Shown one piece after another: positions 58,301 to 60,484 of a stretch of DNA of 60,484 nt. The position numbers were made by a program, and so were the translations under genes. The notes beneath the pieces were generated by a model. That model did no database searches. It was given only the letters and a program-made list of their open reading frames with translations, and was not told where the DNA came from. Source of the DNA: a virus (taxonomy: Duplodnaviria > Caudoviricetes). The stretch covers positions 1 through 60,484 of the IMG/VR virus record IMGVR_UViG_3300009120_000002. One strand, given 5' to 3'. Position 1 is the stretch's first letter, and the number at the start of each line of letters is the position of its first letter.

Positions 58301-60482
58301 CCTCGGTCTCGGTCATACCAAACCCGGAGACCGAAAGGAAAGGTCCGCTTTCAGTGATAATGACCGCCTTGTGCTTGTTTCTGAGGTGCTCTTGAAATTC
58401 ACTCTTGGGAACGATGTACGTCGAAAGGATGGCATTGTTTGGCATAGGGACAATGGGCATTATCTCCCTGGTCCCTATAATAGCCTCCCTGATGTTACCC
58501 TTGTCCACCACGACACCCCTGGTGTTTTCTATGGTGGCAAGATGCTTGTCGATGGCCTCGTCGGTGCTTTCGACCTCGCTTACCAGATCTCTCTGTCGAC
58601 CTGGCTCTGGAGCGAGCCTGTCTATTTCCGCTCTTATCCTTCTGATGACAGAGTTCTCGATTGCGGTTTGGTCAAGGCTAGGTTGGTTCTTCTTTTTTGC
58701 ACCCGTCAAGCTCTTGGCGTAGGCTATTGCTTCAGCCTCCTGGTCTGCTTCAAACTCTTTGACCCCAACGGTTTGCTCCGCGTCAGTGTCTCGCAGGACC
58801 ACGCGATATTTCCCTGTAACCTTGTCTTTGAATACCGTTGCTCCAGTGCCGTCTTCTTCGTCGGAAAAAGTGTCGACCTGTTCCAGATTTTCTGGGGTGT
58901 TTTCCTGGAACTGCTTGTCGCGCTCGGTTTCTGTTTTTCCTGGTTCATCCTTGAGCTGTTCAACTGCCCTGTCGTATGCAGCCTCCTCGGTGTCACCGTA
59001 CCCGTAAACAGGGAAAACGTCAGGGCTTCCAGGTTTCGTTATTGCTACTCGGTACTTCCCTTTACTCTTGTTGTAATCACCGACAGAATGAGACACATTG
59101 AAAACCAAACCATCTCTTCCTGGAACGGGGAAAGATGCCCCGTGGCCTGCTTTTCCGGTTGCGGGGTGTACTCCACCTTCACCACCTTCTCCGGCAATCA
59201 GTTTTTCAACGTCTCTAATATGCTTTTCAAGCCTATCATCAGTGACCGTCCCTTGGCTGTCCCGCTTCGCTTTCAGGTCAGCAAGCAGGCTTTTCAACTG
59301 CTCCGTGGTGTAATCATCATTCGCTTCTTGTGTCTCACCGGTGGCTGGTGAGCTGGCTTGTCGTTCTGCAATGAGCCTGTCAGCACGCTCGATGATCTTC
59401 TTGTTGACCTCGATCCTGTTCTCGGCCCAACTGCGTTCTATTGCAGAAAGTGGGCTCCCGCCCCTCTTCTCCCCACTATCCAGTTTCTTCTGTGACCGCT
59501 TGATTTCATCATTGAGCTGTTCAACAATGTTCTTGGTTGCCTCGGGTTTATCACCAAGGTAAGCGTTGTTTATCCTGTCAAGATCGTATGGTGAGAATTG
59601 GTATTCACCTTTCTCGTCGCGGTATCCTGCGTATGTTCCAAGATCGTTTTTTGTCCAATGGCTAGTCCCGGGTTTTTGTGTCCAACCGGTTGACGGCAAA
59701 TCGGTTTGTGTATCATCTGGGGCGAATGGTGATCCACTAACTTCTTCACCGGCCTTTACTTGGCCTGCTTTGGTTTGATCACCGTCAGCTCCCTGAACCT
59801 CATCTGCCGGCAGAGGACCGGAGACTTCCGGCGAGGCCGTTTCATCTAATGTGCGAAGAACTGCACCCCTTAGTTTTGCTCGAATATCTTTTTTTAACTC
59901 TGCCCTTTCTTCAGGTGTATCTGCAAGTTCAAGAAAGGCGGTGTATTTTTTTACAGCCTTCTTCTCTTCCTCGGTTACAGTTAGACGTAGCGTGTCAAAA
60001 CCCCCATACGACGCGACAACATTCCCATCTTGGTCCATGGAAATAATGGCATCTTTACCGTTGGCTATTCTCTCTCGTATTTTGGGTTTTACGCGTGTTT
60101 CTTCATTATGCTTGCGATTCCACTCGGCCTCTTCCAGCCTCTTTTGTTCCAACTCCTGTTCCGGTTGTGCTGCTGCAGTTTGTTCAATTCTTGCTCCACC
60201 GCCTCCGGTGTCAGCTTGTCCAGCGGGAAGTGTTCCATCTCCAACAGATCCTCCGTCAGGTTGTCCCTGTAAATCAACCGTGCCATCGACTCCTCCTTGT
60301 TCTGTTGCATCTTGCGCAACACCGGCGTCTGACTGTTGCGCCTGCTCGGTATTATCCGACGTTTCAGGGCCGGAAAGAGCCCGGGCGCCGGTCGCTTCCT
60401 GGTGTGCCTGGCGAAGCCTCGCCTGCTGGTTGGCCGTGAATGTCCAGTGCTCCAGGTCGGCGTCGGTGAACAGGTCGGGCCT
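49134..60482 (-). CDS. Giant DarB-like polyvalent virion protein (partial; open to the right edge)
   Basis: Frame open from 60482 (3783 codons). N6-MTase EPTAGTG/NPPFG (~57560-57760); Strawberry-notch-type SF2 ATPase GDQTGIGKGR, DESH, RSGSTGISLHA (~53600-55990); HELGEH (~52180); two FKRWFG...HGT...NP...DG...QIKS ART-like domains (~51070-51790, ~50000-50480); second MTase DIGGGKFD/NVLNVI between them. Confidence 0.85.
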   Translation of the reverse strand, partial: RPDLFTDADLEHWTFTANQQARLRQAHQEATGARALSGPETSDNTEQAQQSDAGVAQDATEQGGVDGTVDLQGQPDGGSVGDGTLPAGQADTGGGGARIEQTAAAQPEQELEQKRLEEAEWNRKHNEETRVKPKIRERIANGKDAIISMDQDGNVVASYGGFDTLRLTVTEEEKKAVKKYTAFLELADTPEERAELKKDIRAKLRGAVLRTLDETASPEVSGPLPADEVQGADGDQTKAGQVKAGEEVSGSPFAPDDTQTDLPSTGWTQKPGTSHWTKNDLGTYAGYRDEKGEYQFSPYDLDRINNAYLGDKPEATKNIVEQLNDEIKRSQKKLDSGEKRGGSPLSAIERSWAENRIEVNKKIIERADRLIAERQASSPATGETQEANDDYTTEQLKSLLADLKAKRDSQGTVTDDRLEKHIRDVEKLIAGEGGEGGVHPATGKAGHGASFPVPGRDGLVFNVSHSVGDYNKSKGKYRVAITKPGSPDVFPVYGYGDTEEAAYDRAVEQLKDEPGKTETERDKQFQENTPENLEQVDTFSDEEDGTGATVFKDKVTGKYRVVLRDTDAEQTVGVKEFEADQEAEAIAYAKSLTGAKKKNQPSLDQTAIENSVIRRIRAEIDRLAPEPGRQRDLVSEVESTDEAIDKHLATIENTRGVVVDKGNIREAIIGTREIMPIVPMPNNAILSTYIVPKSEFQEHLRNKHKAVIITESGPFLSVSGFGMTETEAYNNAVAQFNKKIAEREQAKADKERFEKEREKEIDKIEPETPTAKVNWKSWPDATVFFSEYFYNLYQAGGWNFNNIESARKRIADRFGDRIDTQSGEFRKAIDEGIESAVVKIGRDIVRQGRSSGQSFSQIFNQLVALYEMQPRLATRTSDSIRNQAYSTPAPIAYLANVLAGIDGSRSQLVYEPTAGTGMLLIGANLDTVMANELDETRVALLKSLGISGVRQGNALDVKNTDPVDIVVTNPPFGTVRDDSGKEQLFNIDGFKTTAIDRAISLQALSIMRDDGSAVLIIGGLNKLVRSSEDRANEYKKGGRRKFFTYIYDNYKVTDHFTVAGELYAKQGAGWPIDIIVIHGRGQSEKAHPSFAAPPIYSSFDEIGGQLNGIETGTATVFGVDATRSEQDAANPNRGPRATPGGLRFSNPDAQPGSTDTGNDNLAPEPGTTGREPGSQGRPDQQAGGDGLAPGRGDGGNEQQGNIPGVDGRPLGAEELLAGAQAEQGGGTQGDRGGQRTPGRADDLRLDGSPGGTGGQSGVKTAAEEIIDMSLDDILNMIDEVADEISGTKQPQQQQQRQGDQQEQQQEPDEAGTQDENPRDRLANSPTRKNNDLTDRRVWKTRKRKSAPRVFRPEPKQQPEQEEQKDKKPPRDKKPPRDRKPPRDKKSDKTPPPPDNDIIKNAQDAINEAFNGLNELFGGSNRLGSGLAFDEETYAKAKPHFILAWENTKKLGRSLRDFIMEVMSRWGTKVKPYIARFAAEVQAQEKKDAEKKEVVASQGQTHYHPVSQAEPIGTLVPINMAQAIAKSLYALAEKHGSVDNFVLQRLKYKDSDELFAAFSAEQIDAIALAIDNMDNGSGFIIGDQTGIGKGRFVAAMIRYAYLNGKIPVFCTEKQGLYADMYRDLVDIGSGDVVGEIIQTNSKSVILYKDEENSKNTITLKSPTSWNATLGSVEGMPKTTTGKTAKIVFTTYDQLNDQFYPKGTDTMSPRRRFIQQLVDGGQAMLIMDESHNAGGSENMNNLAPDRRTGIVPHPRALFFRQIIQRANGVVYSSATYAKNPEVMSLYSATDLRVGVGGDISQLAGAISQGGIPFQQITASMLAEAGQYIRRERSFEGVEYTPMLVEVNLEAADKISESMAAIRQFEDEFVVPALQGAGGVGSSAVGVIGQQSQNFTSLMHNIIGQMLLSLKVKPSVDRAIRILQDSRDSKDGDRHEQVVLTVSNTMGSFIEQYAKAEMLNEGDVIDARFNDLVVRYLYKTRLYSDGTRDANGDLIQYWLSDSDLGPAGVAAYKRVSKMIQAMDLSEVPLSPVDYMINELEKAGFPPLEITGRSYRIDYSGKVPKLAFRPEKLRSVNGRTETIKKFNQGKNRAIILNRSGSTGISLHASERNPIQGQGKRTMIIVQAEPDINVHMQMLGRVHRTGQVIAPAYLQAVANIPAERKGAAVLVGKMAGLNANTTADKESLFSDKSTVDFMNKYGDRVAARAMIENPALNAALGFPYDPQTGNLDGVIKKLTGRIPLLKRDQQEQIYEILTENYNEYIAELDSIGRNDLEAKTLNLEARTLEEQIVIPKSGDSVFQGEVKAEYIDMKRIGHPFSSEQVREMVKENEGHGLDEAEAARGDFEAYAADVLSKIQKQIDEATSDQSRAAAQARLEDKRDELRSNLRAFNNFIRYFTVGNTVEVDMNIGVPSLSQIPGVVIDLLKRGNPVNPLALSSWRAKVAVADSIRVLSRPFSQYHIPPLGANTSGAVSVTITHNDFDTIVNLFDTLRSVSRENRWMITGNLFTGYSTFQASNGQIVNFTRADGVIHQGVLMPDNFDPGVAINESPVTIPTAEIAIRYMQEVGNSAVYLRQPGELRIYHTASNDTYRIVTQAAASRAGRFFRDDRELLAITGSFTSRSGLMGTNALSLDDIRAVFNLFDRRGMTWYVDDSHAIARRLRDEANQAPTQGSRRSESPTAVKASERADIEGELRSSLGGVRSRRLLNSGKVVIVDSQKEMQGIIDGAENPAVKHSQGGAIQGAYVNGVSYLVRDGIAKGQAFPVLLHELGEHANQLGFSKDADYQSILKSLERRKDAKGATGDAIRAAMAKVPASTKPEHYWSEVAAYLIEQNANTELSIVDRIKAFFKKWLIKAGLSSPDTLSQKDLVIFARAAVNAATGGNAIQSAMLSVREAVNFKPVDVNSSEFKRWFGDSKVVDKDGKPLRVFHGTAAFFDVFEPRKQRPDVGFHFGTETQANYFARKNGGSVMPAYLSIKNPIRLDDVFGRGGNAVHRVAEELRKKGIIEPVLARRIAATRPLRNAVAIITDALRKAGYDGVVYRNRYEGQRPLKDGEVPDITVTFNEAYGKGAGDSKKYIAWFQGYSWGYGATPDAAKTDAINYLKKYPLVEDDAYIALSPTQIKSAVSNTGEFSSTDPRIQFSRMVQAISSAATSLPQIAATFKKGWLKQGTVNVDIGGGKFDIGTDYLKSIGVENLLFDPFNRDKRHNDEIVRQLSAARTDTATANNVLNVIQEKDIRALVIRQAAKAIKQDGTAYFQIHEGDGDGNSRVTKVKNGEAVSWQNHQKAEWYMDEVSQYFGNVTRRGNVIVATQPKKDGTMAQWTDETGEPMFSRAIPQTATAAFKRWFGKSKITKNGVPLVLFHGTKDPHFLQSNETPWIFDQTKEHRGDSSALAGLGIFLGSETIATAHSGGTEGTVHPFYVRLENPLVIESSALEKKVANAAGAKAFRKRMEELNGHDGIIIVDRGHVVVFDPNQVKSALDNTGEFSRSNPDVRYSRSPLADVVGPERAAAIEAITEGGYSAAAEQEYFKAMAKEGDDTVDVDDVALRTKAADWFKSLIPAVQRKTLGALTLRQLRDVFAGDLPQMEMFYQATRAQDADSKRIMTKADEVYNQWAGLSKKAAKDMSELMIKATIGEVNPDLDQFEPRANSKALRKRIDDNLARIAEINEEMKGAGNIEKLTAEKARLEQSITRATERIEKEVKRFRDYNELAPKYRALSKEAKDVYQSVKKLYVDNRRYLRDPGQNQRASREATRRAEGPDQPALHQGAARPFAPQAFCTPREG
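56332..56385. repeat. 18-bp tandem repeat x3 (KPPRDK)
   Basis: (T/C)TGTCGCGTGGAGGTTTC three times. Confidence 0.95.
56708..57163 (-). CDS. Nested +1-frame gene inside the giant gene (151 aa)
   Basis: AGGAGG-N8-ATG; globular-looking Leu/Glu-rich product while the host frame reads as a Gly/Arg/Asp/Pro linker. Confidence 0.65.
   Translation of the reverse strand: MESKQERQPFLVWMQPGASRTRQILTVVRVPPQEGSGFPTPMLNLEAQIPGTITLLLNREQQEGNLEAKDDLINRLAGMGLLPDGVTAEMSNREISLALMDDLSELKSYLPVPRLNKGEELKEIEGARELLEELTIYDWMEALEEQVDNPE
60089..60286 (-). CDS. Nested +1-frame gene inside the giant gene (65 aa)
   Basis: AAGGAGG-N5-ATG; MARLIYRDNLTEDLLEMEHFPLDKLTPEAVEQELNKL helix while the host frame is a Gly/Gln/Asp linker. 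Confidence 0.5.
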   Translation of the reverse strand: MARLIYRDNLTEDLLEMEHFPLDKLTPEAVEQELNKLQQHNRNRSWNKRGWKRPSGIASIMKKHA

Positions 60483-60484
60483 GC

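Noticed and set aside
57942-59351. Long plus-strand ORFs antisense to real genes (also 1834-2802, 28564-29469, 33209-34168, 38966-39880, 43437-45302)
   Set aside because: No convincing SD or motifs; they are explained as antisense shadows of coding regions.

Overview
The window is most of a temperate, probably podovirus-like phage genome; I found no host chromosomal genes. The minus strand carries the late genes: terS, terL, portal, scaffold, a DUF4043/N4-gp56-type capsid, tail/internal virion genes, and a giant DarB-like polyvalent virion protein that appears to run off both window ends. A second minus-strand late block has lysis genes, a 1332-aa Ser/Thr-rich fibre, a lectin, a glycosyltransferase and a methyltransferase. 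Also present are a replication/recombination block (initiator with iterons, loader, MBL hydrolase, RecT, Rad50-like ATPase, ParB-like, HU), a cro/cI switch, a tRNA-Thr, a degenerate tRNA, and a tyrosine integrase beside an attP-like site (3' half of tRNA-Pro GGG plus arm sites) with phage genes on both sides, suggesting the excised or virion form. A plus-strand cluster of small unknown genes diverges from terS. Top observations: (1) two ORFs with strong Shine-Dalgarno sites nested in the +1 frame inside linkers of the giant gene; (2) twin promoter-attenuator leaders before both late operons with no recognisable Q antiterminator; (3) a fibre + lectin + glycosyltransferase + methyltransferase module; (4) a ferredoxin-like gene coupled to the endolysin; (5) apparent deletion or frameshift lesions. 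All family calls come from motif recognition by eye; no database searches were run.
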